Shown: positions 21,856-37,005 of the stretch, in pieces
Layout of the letters: each line of letters begins with the position of its first letter
Position numbering within the stretch: position 1 is the stretch's first letter
Source of the DNA: a virus
Lineage: Duplodnaviria; Caudoviricetes
DNA: 64,000 bases
Virus record (IMG/VR): IMGVR_UViG_3300021399_000102
Location: 32,001-96,000 of that record
Strand: one strand, 5' to 3'
Notes under the pieces: generated by a model
Told to the model about the DNA's origin: nothing
The model's database searches: none
What the model saw: only the letters and a program-made list of their open reading frames with translations
Made by a program: the position numbers and the translations under genes

Positions 21856-24800
21856 ATGAGGCATAACGTAGAAGACTTGAAGGGCAGGGCGTTGGTTGAG
21901 AGCAACATCCTCAAGCAATTCATATTGTCGGCGACAGCGAAGAAGAGAGGCGAGTTCAAGCCACAGTTGGACGATATCTTGATACATGACTATCAGATGG
22001 CGAATTCTGTGACATTGAACGTCATTCTTTCCAACTATATGGTTGACCTTGCCTATGCCATAGATTCCATAGAGAATCCTCTTTATGGTGGGAATAAGGA
22101 CTCATACTTCAAGTTGGTGCGCGACTTGGATGAAACCAACAACCATCTCGACGACCAAACAAGGTTGGTTCTGGACGTAGCCGATGGAGATGGTACGTTC
22201 AAGTCTCGTGACTTGATTCTTCAGATGAAGGAAGTGTGGAATCAAACTCTGAAGGTAAAGAAATTCTTCAATCTCGATTCAATCTGGTATTGCCAAAGGG
22301 ATGGGAATGCTGGAAATGACAGGATAGATATTGTTAATGAGATGAACGATTTCGTCCGTGATGCCAATCCATTTGGTGACAATCCGTTTGACAAGCCATT
22401 GTTTGGAGATGATGGCACATCTTTAGGATATACATTCAACAAATGGCTTACTGAACTCAATTGCATTATAGAAAATAGATTCTACAAGAATGTCCTCAAG
22501 GACGATGGCGCGAAAGGGACACATACCAATTTTGGGGACATGATTTCCAAGTGTAGGTATTTGCTTTGCGGACATGGTGGATTCTATGGATTGGAGGCAT
22601 ATTGGGACACGACAGGAGGCGAGAGGGCTTTCAAGGGCTTCAAGTTGCACGATATTGGGGCAACACTTCCAATTCTTGGCAAATCCTTGGAATACAAGTT
22701 CTGCAGTTTCCACGTCATAGGAAATGCAGATGAGACTACGTTGTTCTTGGCAGTAAAGGAGAAGTCAGGTGGTCTATATCACTATCTTTACTTGAATGAA
22801 AGTTCGATTGACGAAACCTACGGCTTCACTGAGATTGATTCTGTTGTCGTTGACCAATTGATTGTTCAACCTTCTGAGGTGTTCTCCTGGGTGGATAGCG
22901 TAAGGGAATTGGACACTGTCAACATAGCCCTTACTGACTATGGCTTCTGGGACATTGAAGCAAACCAAACCAACAACATCACCTATTCATACAGAAATGG
23001 AAAGTCCTATGAAAATAATGTGACTCCTGCGTTCAATGGAGACAACACCAAGCTGATTGATCCAACGATTTCCATTAAACCGACCACCAAGTATTGCGAA
23101 TATTCCCATGAGGAGGAATCTGGTGATGAAGAGACATATAGGATAGATAGGCTTTGGAACAAGAAGGATGGATACTGGTATGCCTGTCAGGAACTTGATA
23201 AGCCCTATAGAAGTTCCATAGTTGGAAACAATGGCAATACCTTAAATCTGGTTGGATGTACCGAACACTTTGCTGTATATGATTCCAATGGAAACGACCC
23301 CATCCATATCTTGGTCAATTTGTCTGAAGAGCAATTCAAGAACCTGTTGTTCTCTGATGCGCAATTGACAAACTACTTCATTGAATGGCTTTATGATGAG
23401 GTAATACACCCCCTCAGAGATGTGCCAAATGGCGATACCAGGGAGGAATGGTACTTGTACAACAACTATTCTGCCTTCATAGCCAATTTGGGAAGTTCTC
23501 TGGCACCATCTGACGCAAATGAAATCTCATATTCTGACCTTCATTTCCAATTGAGGAAGGAATATTCATCTTCTGACACGACGATAAAGATAGACCTTTC
23601 AGACAAGTTTGGCTTGGTGGTAGGGCCAGACGACAGCCATCATGGTGTTGTAGATATGTATGACGCATCTGCAAGCACACTGACACAATATTGTACTGCC
23701 CTCAATGATATAGTAAATGCTCTATATGGAGATATGGTTGATGGGTCAGGAAACCCAACGGGGAATCTGAATGTGAATTGGCTCATAGATTCTGGTGAGT
23801 CGTCCCTCATATAGAACATGTACAACCTCTTCTCCAATGTAACTTGGGGAACGAAGCGTGATGCATTTGTGGAAAAGACCATAAAATCCCTGATATAGGC
23901 GTTTCTCCCTTTGGAGTATTTCAATCCATATCTTACGGCACATCTCAAAGAAGACCTCAAGAAGTTTGATTCTGCAATAGAATCTCCTGAAACACACACT
24001 GATGCGGTCAAGCTTACCGAGAATGAGAAAAAGCGTGTTGTGAAAGCAGTATAGAACTATATAGAGGGCAAAGTCAAGACTTCCCTTGTGCTTGGAAAAT
24101 ATCGCAATTCTGACCCAGAGGACAATACAAGATATCCGGACATTGAAAAATATCTCCAAAATACTGAGCGTAAGATTAGCAAGCTTCAAGCAAGAGACAT
24201 TATGTCCTTGACAAATACGCTCAAGGAAGTCACATTTGCTGTACAATCCACGAAGTTCATCAATGGTTGCGATTCATTCGCCAAGCTCGCCAGAATACGT
24301 GATGATTCAGACCTGTTCGCAATGGCAGAGAATGCCTCATTTGTCGCCCTATCCAATCTCGTCAAGTCAGATGGAGAAACCTTGAACGTGAATTGGTCGC
24401 AAGATGGTGGCCGAGGAACTGACGTGAAGGGGTGGATGTTTGACCATGAAAATTGCTCTGACGAGAATATGCTCAAGGCATTCATTAGAACCCAAATCTA
24501 TCGTCCTCTGTTCTTCCAATGCAACAATTATAGCAATTTCACGAGCAATTCTGAGGCGTATTATTGCGTCACCGAAAAGTATTTCATTGACCATGTTGGA
24601 AACGAACACAAGGTGCTTTTCACCAATTGGCCAGATGAAGAAACGCTTTATATCTCCAAGGATGGGGCAGAAGATCCAAATGGAATCAAGGACATACTTG
24701 AATCTGATGAAATATCTCATGGCGAATATACTATTCCATCTGACAGCATTAAATATTTCCCAATCTCCAACAAGTTTGAGTATAGCATAAGCTACAATCC

Positions 24801-27800
24801 TGTTCAGATTGAAGACAACAAGTTTGTCATAAACGACGTTGAATATTATGTGGTAAGATCTGATGGTGAGGAAGATAGTCCAATCAACAGCATCTACTTC
24901 AATGAGTTCCAAAGCAACACTGAGGGGCAGAACCAAGTTGCGCAGGTGATTGATGGCAACAAGTTCACGCTCAATGGCTTGGAATATGTCATAGAGGGAA
25001 ATGAGATTTCCATACCTTCTGTGACCCAAGTATTTGACGAGAATGCCACTGATGATGAAGTCTCTGATGAGGACAAGGGAAGATATAAGGAGTGGAAGTG
25101 TGACATAGTGGACGACAGGTTCCAGTTTGATGGCATTTGGTATGTGCTTGTGAGGGATGCCAGAAACAATTACGCATCCGTTGAGTATGCTGACAACAAG
25201 GACAACAAGCTTATTCCACTTCTTGTGACAATAGATGGCGTTGCAGAATACAAACCTTGGGAGCTTAAGTTCCAGTTTGAGACCTATGGAGCCAATGCTT
25301 GGAAGATTGTCAGGGCAGTCAAGAAGCATCAATCAGATGTCATTGACCGATTGGCATAGGAATGGTGCGAGTTTGACGGCACAATTGACAGTCCATCTGA
25401 ATATGGATTTACCCCCAATAAGACCTATGATTGGTATGTCGCAAACGAACTTCTAAAGATTCAGCAGCAACATCCAATTGAATACAGGAAACTTCTGAAC
25501 CTTGGTTCTGGAAAGCTCTTCAATGGAGCATTGAAGCTCATCACAAGCACGGTTCCACCAAGAGATTGCATTCTCCATATGCGAAATGAACTTCAGAACG
25601 AGGATGTTGTCACTGTTTGCGAGCTTGTCAAGAAGTATGACGACAATGAACAGGTCCAGTTCATGGGAGTGCTTTTCGACAGGGACATGAATCTTGATTC
25701 TGTCAGAATGTTCCGTGGTGATCTATCCGGAAACATTGCCATAGAAGGATCATCCGGAAGGTTTGCATTCTTTGTCAAAGAACTTGGTTCTGGTCTGAAC
25801 AACGTCAATGTTGCTTGGACAGACTATTCAATATGGAATGCATCTCACCAAATTGTTCAGAATGCCGCAGAAGCGCAAATAGACGAAGAAACAAACCAGA
25901 TTGGGTTCTATTGGGATGCAAACCCAAATTACTCAGAAACCTCCAAAGTCATATTGACTCCAATATACAGACTTGACGATGAAGGAAACGAAACATCAGT
26001 AATAATCAAGTACAATGTTGATATAGACAATGGACTTAAACAATATACAGTTTGGGTCAATGGTCAATATGTGCATTTCATAGTCAATGAAAACAGATAT
26101 AGGTTGAATCTTTCAACAAACAAGGTCGATAGATTGGTCATAAACGACATTCACGTTCAGACCGTTGACTTCTCCACGTCATACAATCCAGAGCAATTGA
26201 AGGACAATTTGGCTCAGAACGTCAAGAATGCGATGCTCAACCAGATTGTATAGAAGGTCATAGACAGTGAAGCCACATCTGCTGGAGGGGAAATAACAAT
26301 TCAATTTGAGCGGCCACTTGCCCTATACTTGGATGTGTTCACTGATGCAGAATCGTTGGATAACTATGTCATTGCCAACAATCTGGAAATTGATTCTGAC
26401 GATTGCGTGAAGTTCTCCCAAGTGTTCAAGAACAACCTTGTTGACATAGATGAATCCAGAATGGTGGATGGCAATGTGTATCGTCATCTTTCAGACAACA
26501 TAACGAGGACGTTTGGCAGAAATTCCAACCTTCCGGTGGTTGATAGTCCATCCATATAGGTGAAGAGAATAAAGGTTGGTTCAAAGGACACTGACACATT
26601 TACGTACAATGTTCTTATGGACGTGTACATAATGCAGAACAAGGAGTGGATGAAGAAACATAGCACTTACGATGGGAAGTATGTCATAGCCAATGCCATA
26701 GTCAAGGACATGGAATGTTCAGTGACAATAACTCCAACATATCACAAGGCTGATGGCACAATATCATATGAAGCAAAGTATGTGGTGAACAAAAAGCCGA
26801 GTAATCGAGACACTTATGATGTGGAGTACAACCAAATCGTATATAACTACAATGGCAAGACCAAGCACATGACCACTGCAGCCACCCGCAAAGTTCAAGA
26901 TGGTGTGAATTTCTTGGATGTCATAGGTCTTAATTTGACATATTCCACGAAAGGTAATTTGAAGGTTAGAACCACTCCAACCACAAGAATCATAATAGAC
27001 GAAATCATCTCCAAGGAGATATAGAACATCTTTGTCCATAAACTTTCAGATAATACCTATGATTACGACTACATCAAGATGTTCAACAAAATCAACAATG
27101 CTATTTCTAGTCCTGAAATAGTGGATAATTCTGTTGTGGAAAATTATGGCTATGATGCGGACAAGATATGGCCGATAGGGGGAATTATTCATAGGGATGG
27201 TGGGGAACTTGTCAATGTAAATAGAGGGTAGACATACATTAGGGGTCAGTTATACAAGATTGATGACGACACCAAATTGCTTCCATTAACTGGATCTCAG
27301 GAATATGGCATCAATGATGTGAAGATACACGCATATGAAAATATTCCTGTGATGAAGGTTCTTGTTCCTGTTTCCGACACAAATCAACAGTATCTTGTAC
27401 AGTATCTTAAGACCTTTAGCTTTGGTTCTGAGCCACATTTGACCTTTACAACTGACATAAGTGAAGCACATCAATTCCAAGTTGCAGTGGTTAAGCCAGG
27501 GGATTGGACAGTATCTAATTGGATTGAAACAAACATAGGTGATTCAAGGGTCATAGATGGAAAGACATATACAAGGGACAATTTTGGGGAAGATTCGTAC
27601 TTGAAGCCAGTAAAGGCAAATCCTGAGCAGGGCACTGAGGAGGGATATGAATTCAAGCAAGTTGCAACAAGCGAAAAGGTACTTGTTTATAAGGACAACT
27701 ATATCACCACAACATCTGAACAAGGCAAGTTCTCGGTGAAAGCTCTTGGAACTGGAGAGAATAGAGATGTGTTCCTTTGCTACAATCCACGTTCAGGAAA

Positions 27801-30800
27801 GCCAAGCAGATTCCATGTCCAAAATTACAATACTACCCATACATTTGACACAACGAAGCTTGTCAATATTGCATTGTATGAAGGAAGCATTAGGAATAAA
27901 GACACTGACAACCCAAATGTTCTGAACTATGTATATTTGACCACCTCTCCTGGGTTCTATCCTATTTCCCCGTGGCTTGTCCGTGAGGGTTCTCATTCTG
28001 AAATCAAAGGTTTCTTGATTACTGAATACAATGGGAGAGAAGAAAGGAGACTTGGACCTGGGCTTAAAGATGGCGAAGTATTTTAGCAGTCATTTTCTTG
28101 GTTGTCAAATGAAACGCCAAAAACCGAAGAAACAGTGAGAATTAAATTCGGTGTCAATAGAGTTGAACAAGTAGCTTCGCTTCCGAAGGACGAGGACGGC
28201 AAGCCAACTGGGGAGCTTGGTGTCCTATACGTAGTGACGGACGGAAAGAACTACTATATGACCCAAGTCGGGGTTGACGGTCTTGGCTATCCAACATATG
28301 ACTATGTTGAAACTTACGACACTTGGGATGGGTTGGTCGGTACGCAGATTGAAATACCTGTGGCATTCTCCAAAATCAATACCGACAGTCCAACGGTAAG
28401 CATAGCCAATGGAAGTTATGTGTGCTATTCAATGGATTCCGTTCCAGACTCACGAACATAGAATTATGTTGTGGATGTAATGGAATACACTGTGCGTTCC
28501 GGAGACATAAACCAAAGCCCATTGATAGGAGATGAAACCAATTATGTTTCTTCTGAGGAGACGCAGGAAGCACAAGGTGAAGATGTCGTCCGAATCACCA
28601 AGACAATATCTTTCACGCCTATGGTGATTGTAAGGAGGAAGAAGTTTGCATTGGATCGTGGAAGCTCATACATAGCATCCAACAGTATGTATGTCAATTG
28701 TGGGAATGATGATCCTTTGCAAACCCAATACGTCATCAGAGCAACTGATTTCGGTGGAGATAAAGTTGGGACTTTGGAGTTTGGATTCTTGTCCTTGCCT
28801 TTGGATTTGGATGATGATGCTGATGAAACATATTACACTAAAAGGCTATCTGAAATAAATGCGCAAAGGAAGGACGGTGAGAAACTTCTGATGAATGAAA
28901 TCCAACATAGGTCAATAGACGAATACACCTGGAGCTATCCTGCGCATTTCGAGTTTCAGGGAAATGGCATCATAAGTGATGGAACTGACTGGCCAATTTC
29001 GCTTGATGTACTTCCCCCTGGAAAGCTCCCTGATGATGATGGAGACGTATATAACAGAGTGTATGAAGTCCAACAGAAGGTATATGCATAGCATGTGGAT
29101 TTCCCGGAAGGAGACTATCCTGGGAAGGATGATGCTTCAGGAGCAAATTCTGTGTGGATAGACAAGGCGAGTATGGCAGCATCCATAAGCGCAAAGGATA
29201 ATGTTGATGATTGGAAGAAACTCATATACAAATGCGTGGACGACAATCTGACATCCAACATAGATGATGCCGTTCCACCAAGGATGCGCGAAAGCGTGGA
29301 GAAGCTTATTTCCAAGACGACATTCTTGGACGATTCGTATTTCCATGTAGTTCTCACGCAGCTACAAACGTTTCTTGACATGATTGCAGGAGAGTTGCAT
29401 CAAGAGTTTGTGTTGTCAGACATTGCCAATCTTTGCAATTTCGAGTATTCCATGAAGGGAATAAAGTTCAAGAACCATGATGCAAATCAGAGAAATTGGG
29501 CAAATACGGGTGGCTTGTTTGGATATAATCGTTCTGGAATTGAATATACGTCGTGTTTGGAGAGTTTCAAGAACCACCTGCTTGACGAGTTCAAGAGCGA
29601 CTGGAGGAAGATTACACCAGGTGTTGTGGATGACGACGATGAGGACACCTATATAGGGAATAGGGATTACCACTATATTCTATTGTCTTCTCCAATTGAC
29701 TATACCAATGCGGCCAATATTGCGAAATTGCGTAACGACACTCTTTGGGAGATGTGGAGAACATTGAACTATCCACCAGAAACTCCACCCGATATCATAG
29801 ACCAAATATTCCAAGAATCGTCCGACAAGGTCAGGTACATCAATGCGACAAAGACAACAATAAATGGAAACTTGATTGGCATGTTCGTTGCTGACACCAC
29901 ATGCAATTTGTTCGTGAAGACATAGACATCAGATGTGCAACCCAAGGACATTGTGAGATGGTACACATTCGACGCGCAAAAGCCGACCATGGATGCCATT
30001 GTTAGATATAGGGTTTCCTCTGATACTGGCGACTATGTGTTTGAGCCAAGGATGCGATTCACAGACTATTCAATATCGAACGATGGATGGCTGTTCAAGA
30101 TGCTCAACAGAGATTTCGTTGGAACTTCAAGGATTTCTGACGCATTTGCCATCCATTGCGAGCAGGAATCTGAAACAGAACAAGCATTGTGGTATGTTCC
30201 ACAACTGGATGCGTACATATATGGAGCAAACTCAACAAGACCAAACGCAAACATTGATGGCATATTCGACATGGTGTATGAGCAATATGGCGACAGGCTT
30301 TATGTCCTCTTCAATGGGGACAACCATCTCTATGCCTACGACAACATTGGTCAGACAAAGACGTTCGATGGATTCGTGATACTCAAGAAGGAGACTGCAA
30401 CGTTGAAGCTCAAGACGTTCAATTCAATTCAGATAACCAACGACAAACTTGAGTATGGCAGGTTGTTCCTCGACTACTTCAGGACGGAAGCTGATGAGGA
30501 TGCTGAATACCACAATTGGCGCATAATCCTCTATGGAAAGCGTATAGACAAGAATACACAAGCAGAAACATTCAACAGGGAGATTTGGTACTTCAGGCCA
30601 GGTTTGGATAGGAGGGGCTATCAGCAATACAACTCCATCATGTTTGGAGATTCGTTGTTCGACGAAGGGCAACTCCGATTCCACAATATCTCCAAGAACA
30701 AGGACATGTACGACATCCTCGACATAAACGAGGTTGATGGGAGATACTATGGATTGTTCAAGAACGAGAATGCTGGATCAGAAGTCAATGGGAAAGAGAC

Positions 30801-32697
30801 CTATACCGTATTCAAGGCTGAGAAGGAAGGTGGTGTGGTTCAACGCCTCCCTTGGCAGATATTGAACAAGCATATGTACAGAACCAACGACAAGCTTTAT
30901 TCGTTGTTTGTGGTATCCAACGAGCCAGAGGAAGGGGAGACGTATCATCCAGTGCTCAGGGAGATTTCTGTCCCAAATTCTGACGAATATCCAAATAGGG
31001 TCATAGACATCAACAAGCTCTTCAAGGACAACAATGGGGAGAACGGGTGGAAGAACGATCTTGACGTGTATGGTTTGCTGATGGACGAGTTCAAGCTCAA
31101 GAGCAGGGAGGGGCAGATGTTCGCCCTCACCAACAAGGGCTTCCACAAGATTGACTACATAGACCAATTCAAGCAATTGTCCATAGACAAGTTGGCAGAC
31201 TTCAAGGACAGGTTGCACGATACGTTCAATGCGACGGTAATTCAGAAGCACATGGATGATATGCACAACGGGGAGCAGGATTACTACTTCGCCGTGTTGA
31301 GGAACAAGATAAACCAGTTTGCTGACGATTTCACGGTGTTCGATCTCATTCCAACCGAATTCACTGAGACCCAGGACGTTGGCGTAATCCCCAATGGACC
31401 AGTGACCGACATTGATACGATTGAAGACCATAGGGATGATTCCATCTTGACTTCCACGGACATTCTTTGGACGGATGGAATGTTCGCGCAATCCGACACA
31501 AACCCTGGAATAGTCACTTGCGCAATCTCAAACCCTGCAACAATCTACGACGACAACAGCGTATTCACGAAGTTCCAACGCAACCCGTCGATAGAGGGGA
31601 CAGAGTTCTATGATTTCATCAACGACCAAGATGGAAACACCTTGATGGACTTGTATGCGATCCCGTTCATATACAGAATCAACTCCAACAACACATACGA
31701 CCTCTACATCAACGTGCCAACCACGAGGACGAAGTACCTCAACAGGATTGCTGGAACGTTGCAGGACAATGGCACGGTCCAGGTTCTTGCTGGCGATACA
31801 AGGACGCGCTTGAACTTCCTTGAAGAGCCTATGGCGAACAACTTGAATGAATCCACCACGAGGTTGCAAGTGTTCATGGACAAGAAATATCTTTCCATTG
31901 GCACCATTGATCTGGTGGAGATTTCTGGAAACTCAATTCCAACGCAAATCTACAGGGACGTTCCAAACAACGGTCTCTACGATTCCATAGCCCTTGAGAG
32001 CATATGGACAGGAGAAGTTACGCAGTTGAACGAGCCAAGCAAGGACATCAACAAGGTCATGCTGGAGTTCGAGTGCTATGGTACGGATTCCCAATCCATC
32101 CACATTCAAGGAAAGACGCTCATAAACAGGGCGTTGGACGATGGCGAGTATGGTTCTTCTTCTGAGAACGTTCCTTCTGATCCAATCAATCGCATCACAA
32201 TTGCATTCAATGCAAATGGTGGTACAGTTGAGGAAACTTCAAGAACTGTGGTTGTTGGAGAATTGATAGGCGAGCTTCCAACTCCAACGAGAGATGGATA
32301 TATGTTCGATGGCTGGTGGACTTCCTTGTCGGACGATTCTGGAATCAGAATATATGGAGGAGACGACAACAGTTTCATCACATAGGATATGGATACCCTT
32401 TATGCGCATTGGATCCCGATATTGAGGAAGTCTATGACAATCTATGGAGATAACGACTTGACATCTGGTCAAACGAGCGTGTATGATTGCTTCGCCTCGT
32501 TTGAGGATGGTTCTGTGGACAAGGTATCTCCAACATGGACTGTCCAAGAGGGTAGCATTGAATCAACTGGAATGTTTACTGCCCCAAATGTCACCAGTGA
32601 AAAGCTTGTGACAATACACGCTGAGTATGAGGATGAGAATGGGCAGAGGGCAAGTGGAGATTTCCAAGTGAGAATAACACCAAATGCGGGGACATGA
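21856..32697 (+). CDS. Giant virion/tail-associated protein (3613 aa, 13 TAG=Gln) with C-terminal InlB B-repeat and Ig-like domain
   Basis: Eleven track ORFs in one frame separated only by TAG; C-terminus FNANGG...LPTPTRDGYMFDGWW...T(Q)DMDTLYAHW then an Ig-like domain; ends TGA. Confidence 0.85.
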
Positions 32698-32698
32698 C

Positions 32699-33385
32699 AT
32701 GGCGACAACAGCAGATGTAAACAAGGAAATGGTTAAGAAGTACAAGGTGGATAACACCATCTTGGAATCCTACTTCAAGAATGCAAGCAATACGCCAGTT
32801 GCTGGAGTGGTCTTTCCACTTCGTCTGGACAACAGGCAATATTGCTCCCCAACTGACTATCAGGGGAGCAAGCCATCTTGTTGTGGCTATTCAACTGCCC
32901 AAATCTTGGAATCCTTGAATTGGATGGATACTGGCAACATCGTTCAGATGGATGCGGACCAAATATACGCCAAGGCAAAGGAAGTTGACAATCAAATGGG
33001 ACAAGGTGGAACATACCCAGACCTTGCCATGCAAAAGGGACTTGAACTGATTCCAGATGGAACAAAGAAGTACAAGGTGATGACTTCAACTTCCAGGGAC
33101 ATAAACGAGTTGAAGCGAATCATTCACAAGTCAATGTTCGCTTCTGTGAATATGGTTGTAACGAAAGACATCTACAATCTGGATGACAAGAACTTTGTCT
33201 ATGAGGGTTGGGACAAGAAGGCTGGTGGTCATTCCTTGGTGTGTTGCGGCTATGACGACCCCTCAAAGATGGTGATATTGCAGAACCACTGGGGTACTAT
33301 TTGGGGTCTAAAGGGCTTCTTCCTATGTCCATATGATGTTTGGAGGAGGCAATGCAACATCTTCTGTTGGTACGAGCGTATTTGA
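32699..33385 (+). CDS. Papain-family (C1) cysteine peptidase
   Basis: QGSKPSCCGYS, GGHSLVCCGYDD, QNHWG..WG.KG (Cys/His/Asn triad). Confidence 0.85.
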   Translation: MATTADVNKEMVKKYKVDNTILESYFKNASNTPVAGVVFPLRLDNRQYCSPTDYQGSKPSCCGYSTAQILESLNWMDTGNIVQMDADQIYAKAKEVDNQMGQGGTYPDLAMQKGLELIPDGTKKYKVMTSTSRDINELKRIIHKSMFASVNMVVTKDIYNLDDKNFVYEGWDKKAGGHSLVCCGYDDPSKMVILQNHWGTIWGLKGFFLCPYDVWRRQCNIFCWYERI

Positions 33386-33441
33386 ACCTATAATTGTAAA
33401 TAGATATACACAACTCAAAATCCAAACAAGGGTAAATTGAA

Positions 33442-36400
33442 ATGAGGATAGTCATAGACAAGGATATATCAGAGGTCAAGCTCCTTCAGGAGTCTTGGGA
33501 GAAGAGCAAGCCAACCTACAAGGTAGTTGCGGTAAATGATGTGGATAGGTTCGTGTATGCCAAGGGACTCAAGAGCATCAATGAAGCTGTGGATGCCACA
33601 TATGAGTCTGCTTGGGATGGTGCATTTGACGATTGCCACAAGGAGATTGTGGAGGTTGTTGGCGAGAGCGAAAAGACCATATTCTCCACCAACGACAAGG
33701 TTCAAGTTTGCGAGTCGGTTCTATTTTCTGAAGCTTCTGCACCAAAGAAGGGTGGTGGAAAGAATGACGCAAAGGATGCCAAGACTGGTCAGAACAAGCC
33801 TGGAATGTGGGACAAGATAAAGGGTGCTGCTGGAAAGTTGGCTGATGGTGCAAAAAAGGCACTTGATGGTCTCAAGAAGGGATTGAACATCGTTGGTGCG
33901 ATGACAAAGCAATTCTCCAAGGATATGCTTAAGAAGTGGCGTGAAGCTGGATATTTCAACAAGGATGGACGCATCACTGGGCTTGGATACAAGGTCATGA
34001 CAGGACAGGTGAAGAATACTGTTCCCGTGGATACCGGCAACGACAAGGCAGACGACATTACTCAGGCTTGGAAGATTGCGCAATCAAACGTTCAGAATGC
34101 TTGCAAGCAGCAAGGAATGAAAGTCACTGGCGAGGTCAAGGCTATTGTCAAGCAGGATAAAGACCCAATTACCCTGTCAGTTGATGTTACTGACAAGGAT
34201 GGCAACAATTCCACGATTGAACTCAACCAGGATGGAACTACAGTTGATGGTGACGCGCAGAATGCTGACCAAGGTGGTGGTGACAATGGAGGTGGCCAAA
34301 ATGGTGGAGGAGACAATGGTGGTGGTGCAGGAGGGGGCGCAAACATCCAGCAGATAACACCCGACCAGGCGCAGAAGAATCCCAAGGCCGCCCTTGGCAA
34401 CCTCGCCACTCGCGTTGCCAATCTCGAAAAGGAGGTTGGAATCGCAGCAGAGTCTTGGAACTTCAACAACGAGCAGTTCACCAACAAGGCTGGTCTTGAG
34501 CGTCTTACAATTCGCAGGTTCTTCAACGAGATGAACGACCCTTCCGTGAAGGAAATCGTGTTCGTCTCTGAATCTGGCGAGAAGAAGACCTATTACACCA
34601 ATTCTGGCTCCAGCGCATATGCGGCATTCAAGAAGGACTTCAGGGAATCCACAGACAAGTGCGCCAAGGTTTCCAACTTGGTTGGCTACAAGGTCACATT
34701 CGAGTCCTCAACGGCAAAGAGCAACAGAAGGGGATTCAAGTTCTCTGACTTCGGGTTGGATGACGACTTCGATTCCGAATCCAGAACGTTGGTCATCAAG
34801 GAAAGCGTCACGAGGGTGTCCAATGGTGGGGACAACAGAAAGTAGACTTCCACCAAGAAGGAAGTCGTGAAGGAGTCTTCGTCCAATGAAGATTCTGACG
34901 CCAGATTCTCTTCCACTACGGTTGATGCCAAGTCTCCAGAAGCAGACCCAGGAACAAGTGGCTTTGAACTTGAGATTGGGGAACTTGATCCAAAGAAGGA
35001 GGTTGAGGCTCTTCTCAAGTCAATGAACAAGTACAATGGACAGGAGAAGGACAAGCCAGCTGATGGAGATGGCACGATTGACACTGGTGTTTCCACTTAT
35101 CCAGATGTTCCAGAACCAAAGAAGCAGGAAATGAAAGGTGCCGAAACGGGGGAGGAAATCGTCAAGGAAGCCGAAGGGGACGAAGGTGGAGATGATGCTG
35201 GCGGTGACGACGCAGGTGGTGGAGACGCCGACCCATTTGCTGGAGGCGACGACGCAGGGGGTGGCGATGCTGGTGGTGGCGATGCAGATCCATTTGCTGG
35301 AGGAGACGATGCTGCCGGAGGCGACGACGCAGGGGGTGGAGACGACGCAGACCCCTTTGGTGGAGGCGATGATGCTGGCGGAGATGCAGGAGCTGAAGGG
35401 GGAGACGCTGGTGCAGAAGGTGGTGAAGATGCCACATCAGATGCAGGAGCCGCAGGTGGTGACGAGGCCACTGGCGAACCATCTCCAGAGCCAGCGGTGA
35501 ATACTGACGCCCAAGGCAATCCAAAGTCTCAGTACAACATCAACGTAACACGTCCATTCAACGTGGAAGATGATTTCTCCCTTACTGAGGACGAGCAAAA
35601 GGAGTTCTTTGGCAAGATTGATCAGTTGGTGAAGATTCCTGACATGGACAACTATTCGCTTTACCTCTATCAAATCACACCGGAGAACATGAATCTTGAC
35701 GATGTTCACTACATCCAAGCACTCTATGAACTCTCAGTGAAGCTGGGTCTGCTTGAGGATGTCTATGCTGACTCCAACTTGCTTGACAAGTACAACTCCT
35801 ACAAGTATTCAGTTGTGAAGAATGGAGAGGAGAACAAGGGAGAGGACTTCAACGTTCAGGAGCAGAAGAACCCAATCTGGGGCAACAAGATGATGCTTGA
35901 AGCCAAGGATAAGGACACCAAGAAGGTTCTTGGAATGCCAACGGTTCAGACCGACAACGAGGAGAAGAACAAGGAGTCCAGGGAGATTGGTGCGTCTGAG
36001 AAGGACGATGAACGCCGTGGCCCGAAGGACATGAAGCTTGACCTTGACAAGAACGGCGCCCCAAAGCCCAAAATCATCGACACCAGAAAAGATGGTTGGG
36101 AGAAGGAGGGACGTGAGAACAAGAAGTTGATTGATGGAACGGTAGAAGGTGCTTTCCACGGACTTGGCTGGGTTGTGACCTTCAAGGCAATGCAATTTGG
36201 TTCCCCAAGGTTCATGTCAATGTACATCAAGAGGAAAGGTGACGAGAAGGCAGAGAAGCAGTGCGAGGATTACCTCAAGAAGCTTTCCTACACTGAAATT
36301 GAAATCCTCAACATTGAGGAAATCGACCCCTACGAATACATCTATCGTCAAGGAGCTTCAGGGATGAAGACGCCAGAGGAATTGGCTACCGCAAAGGTTG

Positions 36401-36930
36401 CCAACAAGGACATGCCATATTTGGAGAGCAGCGAGGTTCCTGAACTTCCAACTGACATCAAGCGCGATGTCAAGAGGGTGATTACGAAACTCAATGCTGA
36501 GATTCGTGGCACAAAGCAGTTCAACTTCCTTGAGTCATGTGGAGTGGAGAAGCCACAGATTGTGGTAGAGGAGTTCCTTTCTGGCTACAAGAAGGCTCAA
36601 GTGAATGAAACTCTTTCTGAGACCACCTACAAGTGGGTGTTCAAGAAGAATGACGACTTGTTCTCCCGTATGTTCTATTCCAACATGAAGGAGAAGTTGA
36701 TGCAGTATCTTGGAAGTTTCGCTCAGAAGTTCAATTTGGAATGTGGTTGCGAGGTCACGCCTACTGCCATAAAGATTGACTTCATGCGTTCAGAACTTGG
36801 CAATCCAGGATATGACCTTGACACGATGATTGATGCTGACGTTGCGACCCAGCCTGTGGAAGAGCCAATTGAGCAATCCAACGTTGCTCCAACTCTCGAC
36901 CAGGCTATGGAGATTGCAAAGAGCCTGTGA
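33442..36930 (+). CDS. Large acidic, low-complexity probable head-internal protein (1162 aa, 1 TAG at 34843)
   Basis: Track ORFs 33442-34845 and 34867-36930 are in frame across a TAG; many ES dipeptides; GTAAATA 33396-33402. Confidence 0.75.
35186..35465 (+). repeat. Coding Gly/Asp/Ala tandem repeats (GGDDAGG, GDADPFA)
   Basis: Imperfect repeats visible in DNA and protein. Confidence 0.85.
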
Positions 36931-36955
36931 TTGAACAAGTCACATGACAAAGCAG

Positions 36956-36983
36956 AAAGACCGAGGTTTGACCTCGGTCTTTT
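36956..36983. terminator. Bidirectional terminator between convergent genes
   Basis: AAAGACCGAGGT-TTG-ACCTCGGTCTTT. Confidence 0.85.
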
Positions 36984-37005
36984 CGCCTTTATGGATTCCC
37001 TATGG

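Noticed and set aside
5852-32697. Many short same-frame ORFs read as pseudogenes or sequencing errors
   Set aside because: All interruptions are TAG, with no frameshifts and no internal TAA/TGA; conserved motifs run through them, which fits recoding
35186-35465. CRISPR-like repeat array
   Set aside because: Repeats are in-frame coding Gly/Asp units with synonymous variation and no unique spacers
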